This document shows positions 15,401-25,049 of a DNA stretch of 64,000 bases, in pieces. Position numbers and translations under genes: made by a program. Each line of letters starts with the position of its first letter. Within the stretch, counting starts at the first letter, position 1. The notes below the pieces were generated by a model. The model had not been told where the DNA came from. It was given only the letters and a program-made list of their open reading frames with translations, and searched no databases. The DNA is from Balanoglossus misakiensis (taxonomy: Eukaryota; Animalia; Hemichordata): assembly GCA_040954595.2 (NCBI GenBank), contig CM082587.2:526617-590616 (forward strand). The letters are read 5' to 3'.

Positions 15401-18400
15401 GACCTTCTTGAGACGAATCAGCAGATAATGATCACAGTGTACTCTCATCACTGTCGTTAATGAACAAAAACTCTCACCGATGCAATTTATCCAAATTAAA
15501 TTTGTGACTTGGACGATGCTCAGGTCATCAGTAGGTCAATGAAGTAGAAGTCTTCTAAAGATCACGACTATTTTGGTCTCTTCAACTTCCTTTGATTTCA
15601 TAAATCACAATTGCTTTCCGAGTGTAGACATGCCAAGAACCAGATTAAGTCAATTTTGAAGCAAAAAAAAAATCAGGTTTGCAATCCATGTTTTCTTCTC
15701 AGTGGCCCAATTTTATTTGTATATCCTGTACTAACTACATTTGATCGCGTTTCAAGTGGCTTACATACGCAGATATTTATAGCGCACACTGCAACCATCT
15801 TTGATGACTGTAGCTTTACGGAAAAAAACTTTTAACACTTTCATTCATTTTATGTCAATGCAAGAAAAAAAACCTGACATAATTTCCAGACTTGTAATTC
15901 TATAAATCAACCTTATCATTTGTGTTTTCCAATAGCCATGTAAAAATAAAAACTGAATTTGAATGAAAAGTTTGCATCTACCAACATATTCCTGTTTCTG
16001 CTCAATGTTGTGGAAGTTACATCTATCAGGATGGAGTTGTCAAGCCTGACTTGGAGCCTAATGACCTTTGGGTCAATATCAGCGTGCTTTTTGGAACTAC
16101 AAATGAGCTGAGAGTAGGGTGTATGTAGTATATGCTTCCTGCTTCACTCATTGACTCAGAGATGAGCTGATTGCGTCTCCTAATCTGACATTCTCTCTGG
16201 TTCACCGAACTTCTCCTTTAAAAGCATTACGTAGCTGTCTGCTGTAATTATGTCTGCAATTCAGCCAGATAAAATCGCGGAGCACTGAGGAAAATGCCAA
16301 AACAGCCTGACTTGCGGTTTTTCATGGATGCGTTTTTCAGTTTAACACATCTCTAAGCTAAGTTGAGATCTCAGGAGAAGATTGAGAACCTGGCGATTTG
16401 CATCAGTGTAAGTTTTGAACCGAGGATGAATCCACCAATGATTTTGTGAGATTTTTCGCCGTCTCATCTGATCAGTGTGATCAACACTCATGATAGTTTG
16501 GGCTGTGTTGATGGCAATGCATTGATACAGTAAGTGTTTTTCTGGGTCTCCTGGGATTCCGAGGTTTCGAAAATAACTTGGCCATCTTTTCAGTTGATTT
16601 GTATGTAGGTGTACTCTGTCCATCTTTGTGAATTTCTTGTAAGGCTCATACACTAAAGTGACTTGGACAGATAAAGTGCATCATCACAACTATGACATCA
16701 CTTTATCAGCTGACAGAGGAGAACAGAGATCTCAACATTTTTATCTCAAATTGCAGTGCAGCAAACCTAGTCTGAACTGCCTTTTTGAATCATGCAGAAC
16801 ATTTTCTGAAGTGCCTCTCTGGGATTCTCCTTTCACCCCAAATTCTCTGCAAAGGTTGAACTTTACCATTGAAAATAATAAAATTGGACCAAACCATGGT
16901 AGTGAAAGGGTTAAAACAGACAAACAAAAAACTATGATGTACCAAAGTGATTGATTCGCATATTTGAGCTCACAAAATGCAAGGTTATTTGAACTTTCAC
17001 CGTAATCACAATTAAGGGTACATTGTAAAAGTAAGTTAAGGGGCATGAAGAACCTCTTGTTAGGAACAAAACTAATAAAGTGATTCAAAAGATTGGCAAC
17101 TTTGACCAATAATGAGAAACTAAATAAACCTATTTGCATAGTCTTGGGGATGATGATATTCAAAGTCCTGTAATGGGGTTAGTGCTACTTTAGCTTCAAT
17201 CAAAATGTTGAATTATGCTCAGAAATTAGATTTGGCAAGAATGAAATGTCTGTAGCTATGTGAAGGTATGACAGGTGTTAATGGAATTGCTGCTACATGT
17301 GAAATGTCATGATAAAGTGGGAGGAAAAAACAGGATTATATAACGCAGTCAGTGTGCTAGTTGAATTAGTTCTGAGTTGAGATGAAAAATCAGAGAGGGG
17401 AGACTGTCGTATTGTGTATTGACTCTCTCTTTCATTTATGAGTTTGCAGCCAGGAAATGTTATTATGTCAGGCTGAAAATGAAATCCTGATGTGAATGAA
17501 GGGCTGTAATTTGGTGTGATCTGCATTGTGGAGAGAGAGAGTGTGCGCGTGGTGTTTGTGGTGTTAATTCACCGCCTGCAAGTATAATCTGTAATTGGAA
17601 TGTTATTCTCAACACTCTCAGGATGAGGAAATATGTCACGTTCATCGACAATGTTTTTGAGGCAGTCTTTGCAGTTGTACATATATCTATAACCCTGCCA
17701 ACTCCTTGTCTCTTCCAAAACAGCTTCTTAAGGGGGTACAAGGTTATAAGTTGAAGGCTAGCCTTAATCTTAGGAGGGGTAGTATTGTCAACATAATTAG
17801 CACCACCTTGACTATAATCTTACACCTGATCAACAGAGGATCAGATTATCTGGGTTAAGGATTTCTGGCAATTAGCTTGCAAGTTTGCAAGTTCAATGTT
17901 CTGCCTTTTTTGGCAGAGCCAAGAGAGAAAGTATTGATGCTAGGTTCAAAGTCAAAGGGAATAGACATAAAGCCACTGATTCTTAGCATCCTTTCTTTAT
18001 TTTTTTTATCCTCACAGCAAGTTGAAGATTGGCATCTCTACATTGTAGTTGTAATATTTGTAGTTATAGATGTGATTATTTGTACAATATGGACAGTACT
18101 CGATCCTCAGCATCGAGATATACAAGAACTTCAGAAAGAAGTTGGTGAAGAAGATATAGAGATTATACCGCTATTAGAGTACTGTGATTCGGATAAAAAT
18201 GCCGTTTGGTTAGGTAAGTTTGATATTAGGTTAGGTATACTTGTAAGTTGATATTAAAAATAAGTAAATAGTTTGTGTCTCAGTGAGTTCAGTCAAACTA
18301 TTGTGATGTTACATCTAGACAGCTTTGAACCAGACTCCCCTATTGGCCAAGAGTTTGAGTGAGTGAGTTTTTATTAGCAAGACTCTTCAGACCTCTTCCC

Positions 18401-19805
18401 TGCAAAACACTCAAGTTCTTACAACTAAATGTCTCTTCTTTCTTTGAATTTTCAGGTGTAATATTTGGTGCTAAAGGTCTTCTACTTATTTTTGGTCTCT
18501 TTCTTGCTTATGAAACTCGTAACATGTCCATTAAAGAGTTGAATGACTCTCGTTTTGTAGGAATGAGTATTTATAATGTAGTGGTAAGTATAAACAGTCT
18601 TTAAGTCCCAATTTACTATCAACATCATTTGGTTTGTGTTAGATACTCATTTATGGGCATTGATTGGATCACAGAGATCGATTTTCCTGAAAACTACACT
18701 GACTATCGCAAATCTTTACACTCGGGGAAATGTAGAAAAACAATGATACGAACTATTAACTTATCTCTTTTATTTCTGTTCTAGGTTTTATGTATAATAA
18801 CAGCCCCAGTTACACTTATTATACGTACACAACAGAATGCTACATTTGCTTTTGTATCATTAGCAATCATCTTCTGTTGTGTTGTTACTTTGTTACTCAT
18901 ATTTGTACCCAAGGTAAGAGATTCACACGATGTCACAATACAAAGTCGTTATCTACAAATTGGTCATCTTGTCTCTGTCAATTCTGTGACTTTTCGTGCA
19001 GTTTTATGAATGAAATAGTTCAATGAATCACATTGACTTTACTACCACATTCATGCTTTTAATGGGAGTATTGCTCACTCTATGATTTCAAATTATTTTT
19101 GGGAAAACACTTATTTTCTCTTGCTGTTTTGACCAAAGGTTGTGGAGTTACGCCGAAATCCCAAAGGTCTTGACAGTCATTCGTTGACTGGTGCAGCTGT
19201 TCCAAGCAAAGAAGATGAGGAAAGACAGCAAAGGTTGTCATCAGAAAATGAAGAGATTAAGAGCCAAATAGCAGAAGTAAGTGTTTTAGTATGTAGTGCG
19301 CCATCTTCAGACTGAAGTGAGTTTTTTTCTGAAAGAGCGCCTCCTATGCACACTGTCTTCATTACAAATAATTTTATATTTTATGAATTTAATGTACAAA
19401 CATTGATAACACAGAAAAGAGCTAAATCAGAAGTTGCCTTGTATCACTAAATTAAGTTTTGTCATAGCCCTGTTGTCATGGTTACATGTATGGACATATT
19501 TAGAGTAATAACTTGTATTCCTGTCATTTTTCCCTTCACAGAGAGAAAGTCGCATCCGCGAACTCAATGATATTCTTGCTGGCAAAATGCAGAACAAACC
19601 AAGCACCTCAATGCACCTGCGTGCCCCGTCCCCAGATCGGTCCCGTCACGGTAGCCGTGGCGCTACCTTGACCCCGCCCGTAGATACAATCGAAGATAGT
19701 GCAATTATCGTTACGTCCACGTCCGTGTCAGTGCCTGTTACTATAAATAGAAGTCATCGCAATTCAGCGGGTTCAGATGAAGAATTCTCTGAGTCCTATA
19801 TATAG
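3290..19805 (+). CDS. GABBR1: GABA-B receptor subunit 1 (class C GPCR), 5'-partial, 16 coding exons
   Basis: Exons 3290-3427, 4183-4353, 5061-5228, 5498-5689, 6309-6430, 9102-9219, 9707-9770, 10522-10599, 11718-11868, 12171-12303, 14525-14683, 18018-18213, 18456-18583, 18785-18913, 19139-19276, 19542-19805. All introns are GT-AG with matching phases; 2349 nt = 782 aa + stop. Venus-flytrap motifs typical of GB1 ([39 protein letters not shown]), 7TM region, C-terminal coiled coil and an RSR motif. Confidence 0.96.
4183..4353 (+). CDS. GABBR1: GABBR1 exon ([26 protein letters not shown]...EVFTS)
   Basis: ttgcag / gtaagt, 171 nt, highly GB1-like. Confidence 0.95.
5061..5228 (+). CDS. GABBR1: GABBR1 exon (TIEDLE...ARRVFCE)
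   Basis: tcacag / gtaaag, 168 nt. Confidence 0.94.
5498..5689 (+). CDS. GABBR1: GABBR1 exon ([19 protein letters not shown]...TVSGM)
   Basis: ttttag / gttcgt, 192 nt. Confidence 0.92.
6309..6430 (+). CDS. GABBR1: GABBR1 exon (TSNDF...[18 protein letters not shown])
   Basis: ttgcag / gtgagt, 122 nt, ends in phase 2. Confidence 0.94.
6820..6876. repeat. 57-bp near-perfect palindrome in a GABBR1 intron
   Basis: catttacaaaattgatggttttaacggt-t-accgttaaaacaatcaattttgtaaatg, one mismatch. Confidence 0.85.
9102..9219 (+). CDS. GABBR1: GABBR1 exon ([17 protein letters not shown]...TDFFGVS)
   Basis: atgcag / gtaagt, 118 nt; not in the ORF track, translated by hand. Confidence 0.92.
9707..9770 (+). 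CDS. GABBR1: GABBR1 exon ([21 protein letters not shown])
   Basis: ctgaag / gtgaga, 64 nt. Confidence 0.92.
10522..10599 (+). CDS. GABBR1: GABBR1 exon ([26 protein letters not shown])
   Basis: ttacag / gtatgt, 78 nt, phase 1/1. Confidence 0.92.
11718..11868 (+). CDS. GABBR1: GABBR1 exon (stalk and TM1)
   Basis: aaacag / gtatgt, GDGPPADQT...FNVWFRKTR. Confidence 0.93.
12171..12303 (+). CDS. GABBR1: GABBR1 exon (ICL1 and TM2; [11 protein letters not shown]...PIVCQ)
   Basis: tttcag / gtaaaa, 133 nt. Confidence 0.93.
14525..14683 (+). CDS. GABBR1: GABBR1 exon (TM3 and ICL2; [25 protein letters not shown]...KKTRK)
   Basis: tttcag / gtggga, 159 nt. Confidence 0.88.
14698..14905. promoter_or_regulatory. 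Cluster of RFX X-box-like motifs / degenerate minisatellite
   Basis: gtaaccatggcaat 14725, gttgctatggacac 14747, attgctatggttac 14828, gttgccatagtaac 14846, plus further partial copies. Confidence 0.5.
16826..16914. mobile_element. Short degenerate MITE (cctttcac...gtgaaagggttaa), piggyBac-like ends
   Basis: Terminal inverted repeats ending in TTAA; aligns along its length with 22005-22098. Confidence 0.5.
18018..18213 (+). CDS. GABBR1: GABBR1 exon (TM4 and ECL2)
   Basis: tcacag / gtaagt, QVEDWHLY...[15 protein letters not shown]. Confidence 0.93.
18456..18583 (+). CDS. GABBR1: GABBR1 exon (TM5, ICL3, start of TM6)
   Basis: tttcag / gtaagt, [16 protein letters not shown]...[14 protein letters not shown]. 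Confidence 0.95.
18785..18913 (+). CDS. GABBR1: GABBR1 exon (TM6-TM7; VLCIITAPV...LIFVPK)
   Basis: ttctag / gtaaga, 129 nt. Confidence 0.94.
19139..19276 (+). CDS. GABBR1: GABBR1 exon (C-tail, first half of coiled coil)
   Basis: ccaaag / gtaagt, [10 protein letters not shown]...[11 protein letters not shown]. Confidence 0.9.
19542..19805 (+). CDS. GABBR1: GABBR1 terminal coding exon ([12 protein letters not shown]...RSR...ESYI*)
   Basis: Strong acceptor tcccttcacag, phase 0, TAG at 19803-19805. Confidence 0.9.
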   Translation, partial: RESRIRELNDILAGKMQNKPSTSMHLRAPSPDRSRHGSRGATLTPPVDTIEDSAIIVTSTSVSVPVTINRSHRNSAGSDEEFSESYI

Positions 19806-20668
19806 ATGCAACGAACAGATTACAAAAATCCAATGAAAAGGAAACGTAGAAACTACCATGTCACTTTGGAATCTAATCTATAGCACATACCATACTCTTT
19901 TATGTATGTATTATTTATATCCTAAATATATTCATATTTATATATATGTTGTTTTATACTTTTCTGCCACTTTTTAGAAGAAAAAAAAAACTTATTCCAG
20001 TAGACATTTTAATCATGATACCTGATTTTATACAAAAATGGAGGGGAAAATTGTAAGATCACAAATTACTATCGTAAATGTTATTGAATTATTTTTATTC
20101 CACCATGCACTGTGTAACTGCTGTGTGTGGATAGTGAAGGTCCACTCAGATGTGTCAGTTATGTGTCTGTGTGTCTCCCAACTTCTTCTAGAATCTCACT
20201 ATCTTTTTGGATCTCTAAAAAATCATTTCTTTCTTAAAGAACTCCAATTCTCTTTTTAAGAATCAACACTTTTCAAACTTTTTTTGCATTTTTGTTTTTG
20301 TTGCAAAATTGGTAATATTAGTATTGTCCAGATTCTATCAATCATAGTATTTGTCCTTCCTGTCTGTGAAAGAACAGTAGCCTCTTGTCTCTGATGTAAA
20401 CTAAATCTTCGAGGCCAGTTCTTCTTAAAGTGCATGTTCCTGTCATGCTGCAGTTTCAGGTTAAGCATGGGACTCTTTTCAGTCCATATTTCTACTTATT
20501 CAATAACAACTGCTTCCCGTTATATTTCACCACTCCACCCTTGTTTTCCTGTGGATCCAACCGTTCTTTTGAAAGACAATGCAGTTTTGCAGATGTAAGG
20601 GATATATAAGGGTTGCTTTGGAAACAACAACATCTTTACAATTCATGTTCACATGAGATAGTCTGCAG

Positions 20669-20899
20669 AAAGAAGAAGCTGTTCTACAATTGGCTGCCAG
20701 AGGCTTTCAAATGTCAAGAGAGCTGCCTTCTGATTGGTCAGTCAGTATCATTTCGGATTCAATCGGCCAGTCAGGAGAAGGGACATTTGTAAGGTCACCC
20801 TATGCAGGTCCTTATGAAATGAGGCAGATCATGGAATTTAGGGAAAACAATGAACCATCAGCTTTCCTCCTTGCGAACTCTTCCAGATTTACAAATTGA
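20669..20899 (+). CDS. GABBR1: Candidate alternative terminal exon of GABBR1 (KEEAVLQLAARG...SSRFTN*)
   Basis: ctgcag acceptor in phase 0, 76 open codons, first residues keep the coiled-coil register; pyrimidine tract is weak. Confidence 0.4.
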   Translation, partial: KEEAVLQLAARGFQMSRELPSDWSVSIISDSIGQSGEGTFVRSPYAGPYEMRQIMEFRENNEPSAFLLANSSRFTN

Positions 20900-22004
20900 C
20901 AAAATTGTAAATGTGTCGAATTAGGGGGGACAGTTCTGTCTGGTTGTTTATTCAGGTACTGGTGTTTGATCTATGATCTTTGGTGCAAAATGTCTGGATA
21001 CCGGTAGATCTGATTCTGTTTTGGAGAGGGAATGTTTTACGTACCCAACAATTGTAGTAGTTAGTCTTTCATTTTGTGTGTTTAGTCCTTGGTCATTTTG
21101 GACACACTACTTAATAATAGAAAAAGTCTGGTCGTGTTCAAGTTATACTACAGTTTATCCCGAAACCTTGACCAGAGCAATTTTTGCCTAAAGATGACCA
21201 ACTCAGGTTACTCATCTCCAGCTTTCCAGGGCAATAAGTGAACATCAAGAAAACCTTATTTTGGTGTTATGATGTGTATTTGACAACTGTTGTCATTTTG
21301 TAAATCATGGAAGAGACGTAATCTGTTTGCTGCACCTAACTATATGGGATTTCATCTCATTGTCTTACAGCAACGGTCAAAGTGGATTGGATACCGAAGT
21401 CGACAAATCCTTACTCATTTTCCCGTGCAATGTCTTGTCTTTCATACAAACACTGAGGAACTTTGATCTGTTTTTTACTCTGAACATTTCCTGTCGCAGC
21501 TTGTGTTTAGCTACATTCAGTCTCTGCTAATCTCTGACATTTTCATAAAGTAAAGAGATTGGGTGTAATTAATACACAGCAGAGTCTGGTCAGTGGTTTT
21601 GTCCAGAAAGACAGGAACTGCACAAGGGAAAGTGACAGGAACTTAAGAATGTCTAGTATCTGATTCATTTTGATCATTGCTGTAGGAGTCAATCTAACAG
21701 TCTTAAAGAGTCCATTGCACTTTGCATTAATTACTTCGGATCACACTCACCATCATTTAGAGCAAGTGAATGAGTCTGACCCATACTAACCAATCTCAAC
21801 CCATATCACCCCTATTCCACCCCCATAAAACCACTGTAGAATTCCATTCGTATTCCTTTCTAACTGGAAAGGGCCATCGAATCTGCCATCACAGTACATT
21901 GCTTTAATTAATATCATTAAAAACCAGCCAACTGAACATAGATTTGTGATTGGTATTTTCTTGGTAGCTTTTTTCATACTGGGAGACTTGTCTAGGGTAG
22001 AAAT

Positions 22005-22098
22005 GTAACTCTTTCACCCCCATTACCTTCTGTAGAGGTCCAATCTTAGCCATAGAAGACAGTAGATTTGGACCATACCAAGGTGATGAAAGGGTAAA
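22005..22098. mobile_element. Second copy of the same short MITE, in the GABBR1 3'UTR
   Basis: taactctttcacc...ttggaccataccaaggtgatgaaagggtaaa. Confidence 0.5.
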
Positions 22099-23859
22099 GG
22101 TGCCATGAATGTCTTTCTTTGGGTGAATAATAAACTGTTCTCCCACTTTATTCAAATCTATCTGTATCTCATTCAGACTTTCTTCCAATTGAAAATCTTC
22201 CTTCTTTTTTGAGTTTAACTGAACATCTACCATGGGCCGGGATGTACAAAATACCTGATAATTATTGTCAAGTGAAATGACTCTTTCTCTTCATATCAAA
22301 TTTACTCATCATTCCTACATGCTCACTGTACTAACATAGTGCATGGACAGTTCTTGTCTATAATGTGTTTGTCAATATGAACTGACCCTAATTCCTCAGT
22401 TAAATAGTGCCGTCTTGATGGTATAAAGATTGGAAAAAAATGATCAGTACATCGGATATAAAACTTTAATTACAATTTGTACAAGGAAGACATAAAATGA
22501 CTTCTACTTTCTGCTGCAATGTCTTAGAAGAATATTGCCAATCTTATTTGGGTATTTTCAAATGACCTCTAAATCTCTTCAATATTTGACTTAACATCTT
22601 TGATAAACTAGCAACATTTTACTTTTTGAAACATCAGTAGCAGTTTTATTTGTTATCTTGATGGTTTACATGGCCTTCTATGCTCTCACTGGCATCAGGA
22701 CGTTTGTAAATTATTTGGAAAAAAAGATTTAAATACATGTGTAAATAAACGTATGCTTGGTAATTCATGAACATTTTGGAACCTTTGATTATCACTTATC
22801 TGGCTATCACACAACATGTAAACACAAAATTTGGCAAATTAATTTGCTACAAGGTCGGAAAAAACAGGAAGAACAAGTTACTATGACTACCAGTCTCCAC
22901 AACTTCTTAGAAGTGTAGACGTTCTGAGTTCACAATGAAATCAATTAAAAAAAGCAATATAAAAATACCTGACCATTTCTGTATTTACAAACAATGTAAT
23001 GTAAATGTTCTTGATTTCATTATGCTGAAAATGGACTCACAACATGGTAGTTTTGAAAATGATGTTTTGAAAGTTGCAGTTTGAAGTTGATTTTTGAAGG
23101 TTGGTGTTGTGACAGAATGATCCAAAAATATTCAGCTACTGATGCTTGTGTCAGTCTGTGCTTCCGTAAAAAAAAACAAAGCCAATACTTGTGCTGCTTC
23201 GTTTAGTTAATTCAATAAAACTCACATTTAGTGTTTGCACTTATTTTACAGTATTTTACTGATTTTGTACATATGTGGTAATTTTCTACATTATTTTTCC
23301 GAGTGTTGTCATTGCGCATTATTGAATCTTAATGATTCTAATCATTTTCAGCACAGAACACCCTGTACTGTACTTTATTGTACTGTTATTTAGCAAATTT
23401 CATTAGTCGTAATTTTTTAATTAATCTGTATTCCGAAATAAGTAAAATCACCACCACCACTACCACCACCATCACCACCAACAATAATTATGAAAAATGA
23501 TGCATAAAAGTCTGGTCAGATTTGCGATTTTCCATGGATTTTCTAAACTGCGTCCTCTATAGTGCACTTATTTTATTTCTGCTGTTTAGTTTGTTCGATT
23601 GTGCATGTGTATTTTCTAATGCTTTTCCGATCGCAAAAATTCCTTATTCGATTTTACTCCATGGTGATTTATCATATCCAAGGTAACTGCATCTTGGTTA
23701 CCATGGCTTTCATTTTACAAATAAAAACACTGAACAGGATCTTTAACTATATAAAGAAAACCTGATGCACTGAAATACTCATTTTCATGAAAAACCGCGG
23801 ATAAATTAATATGTATATAAATGAAAACAAACTAATTGTTTTTGAAAGCATTAACATTG

Positions 23860-23869
23860 AATAAATAAA
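23860..23869 (+). terminator. Probable distal polyadenylation signal of GABBR1 (overlapping AATAAA x2)
   Basis: aataaataaa followed by GT/T-rich sequence at the end of an AT-rich UTR-like tract; other AATAAA near 23214 and 23719. Confidence 0.45.
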
Positions 23870-24752
23870 GTGTGATTTTTAACATTCGATAATGAGTCTT
23901 CACTGAGATATTTTCACCCAATGTGATGAATTTTCCTTGTATGTTGATCTCACAAAGATATGTCTGAAGAGAGAAATTCGACTTTTTTGTTGGATTGGCT
24001 TTTCAAATTTAAGTACAAAATAACAGATATCGACGTCAGTGAACGTCTCAAATGTTCATGAGTCACTGCGAAAGAAGAGACCCTCGTGTCTTTTTGTGCG
24101 TCAATCTCACCGACGGGTGGCGCTATTTCACGGGAGGCAACCACCTGTTGCATGCTGGGAGTACCAAACTCGAGTCGCTTTATGGATTATTATGCACCAT
24201 GATTTTCAAAACTTTATGTCATATTCCTGATAGCATCCAAAGTCGGGTCATTTAAAAATATCTGCATTACAACGTTTAATAAAAGTTGAATAAAAGTCAC
24301 GTGGCTTTTATGCTCTGGCGATGGATGAGAATTTTCCATCACGCCCTTGGCTGGTGATGTCATAACCTGTCGGAACACCAATCAGAGAAGTGCATTTGGC
24401 TCACGTGATTACCACGCCACCTGCACCAATTTCGAGGCAGACAGAGCGTGCACATGGTTTTCGTTTGGTGGCAGCGCTGGGATGTGTTAGGGTTACTTTG
24501 GTGTCCGAAGTCCAGTTCGAATTGTCACCTATAGGTCTGAATCAACGCAGTTATTGGGTTTGGTTGACGAGTGACGTTTTTGGTGACCGTCTTGTAAAAT
24601 TGGATGCAAATAGAGGCCTCAAAACTTACAGGTGTTTGCACTCTGGGCACCGTACTCCTCACGGGATCTGAGAAATCAGGTCAGCGCAACACCTTAGGTT
24701 TTGTGTCTTATCTATTTTGCTGTGTATTTGAGATTTTGAGCAGCCACCGTCC

Positions 24753-24838
24753 TAGCTCTGCGTGGCAGGGCTGTGTTGTTACGGCGAGCCCTGGGTGGAG
24801 GGCTCGCCGTAATAACACAGCCCTGCCACGCAGAGCTA
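24753..24838. mobile_element. 86-bp hairpin MITE (40-bp TIRs, 6-bp spacer, 9-bp TSD)
   Basis: Arms 24753-24792 and 24799-24838 match at 39/40; flanked by the exact direct repeat ccaccgtcc (24744-24752, 24839-24847); TAG...CTA termini. Confidence 0.85.
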
Positions 24839-25049
24839 CCACCGTCCGATCACGACCCTACGCCTACAGTCAGGTGTTTGTACAAAGAAAATACATTGTA
24901 TCTAAATCTTGTCAGGTAATTTTTCAGTATCGCTACTCCTACGCGTGTTGAGTACATGTATAGGGGATACGAATTTATCACGGGACGAAGGAAGGGAAGC
25001 AGTTTTCATCAGTAAATTTATTCCGGGTTTGAGCTGACAGGTGGTACTT

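Noticed and set aside
16342-16653. 103-aa antisense ORF in a GABBR1 intron (possible nested gene)
   Set aside because: No recognisable homology, signal peptide or exon structure; length is compatible with chance
21904-22233. 109-aa antisense ORF in the GABBR1 3'UTR
   Set aside because: Runs through a MITE copy (22005-22098) and has no recognisable domain
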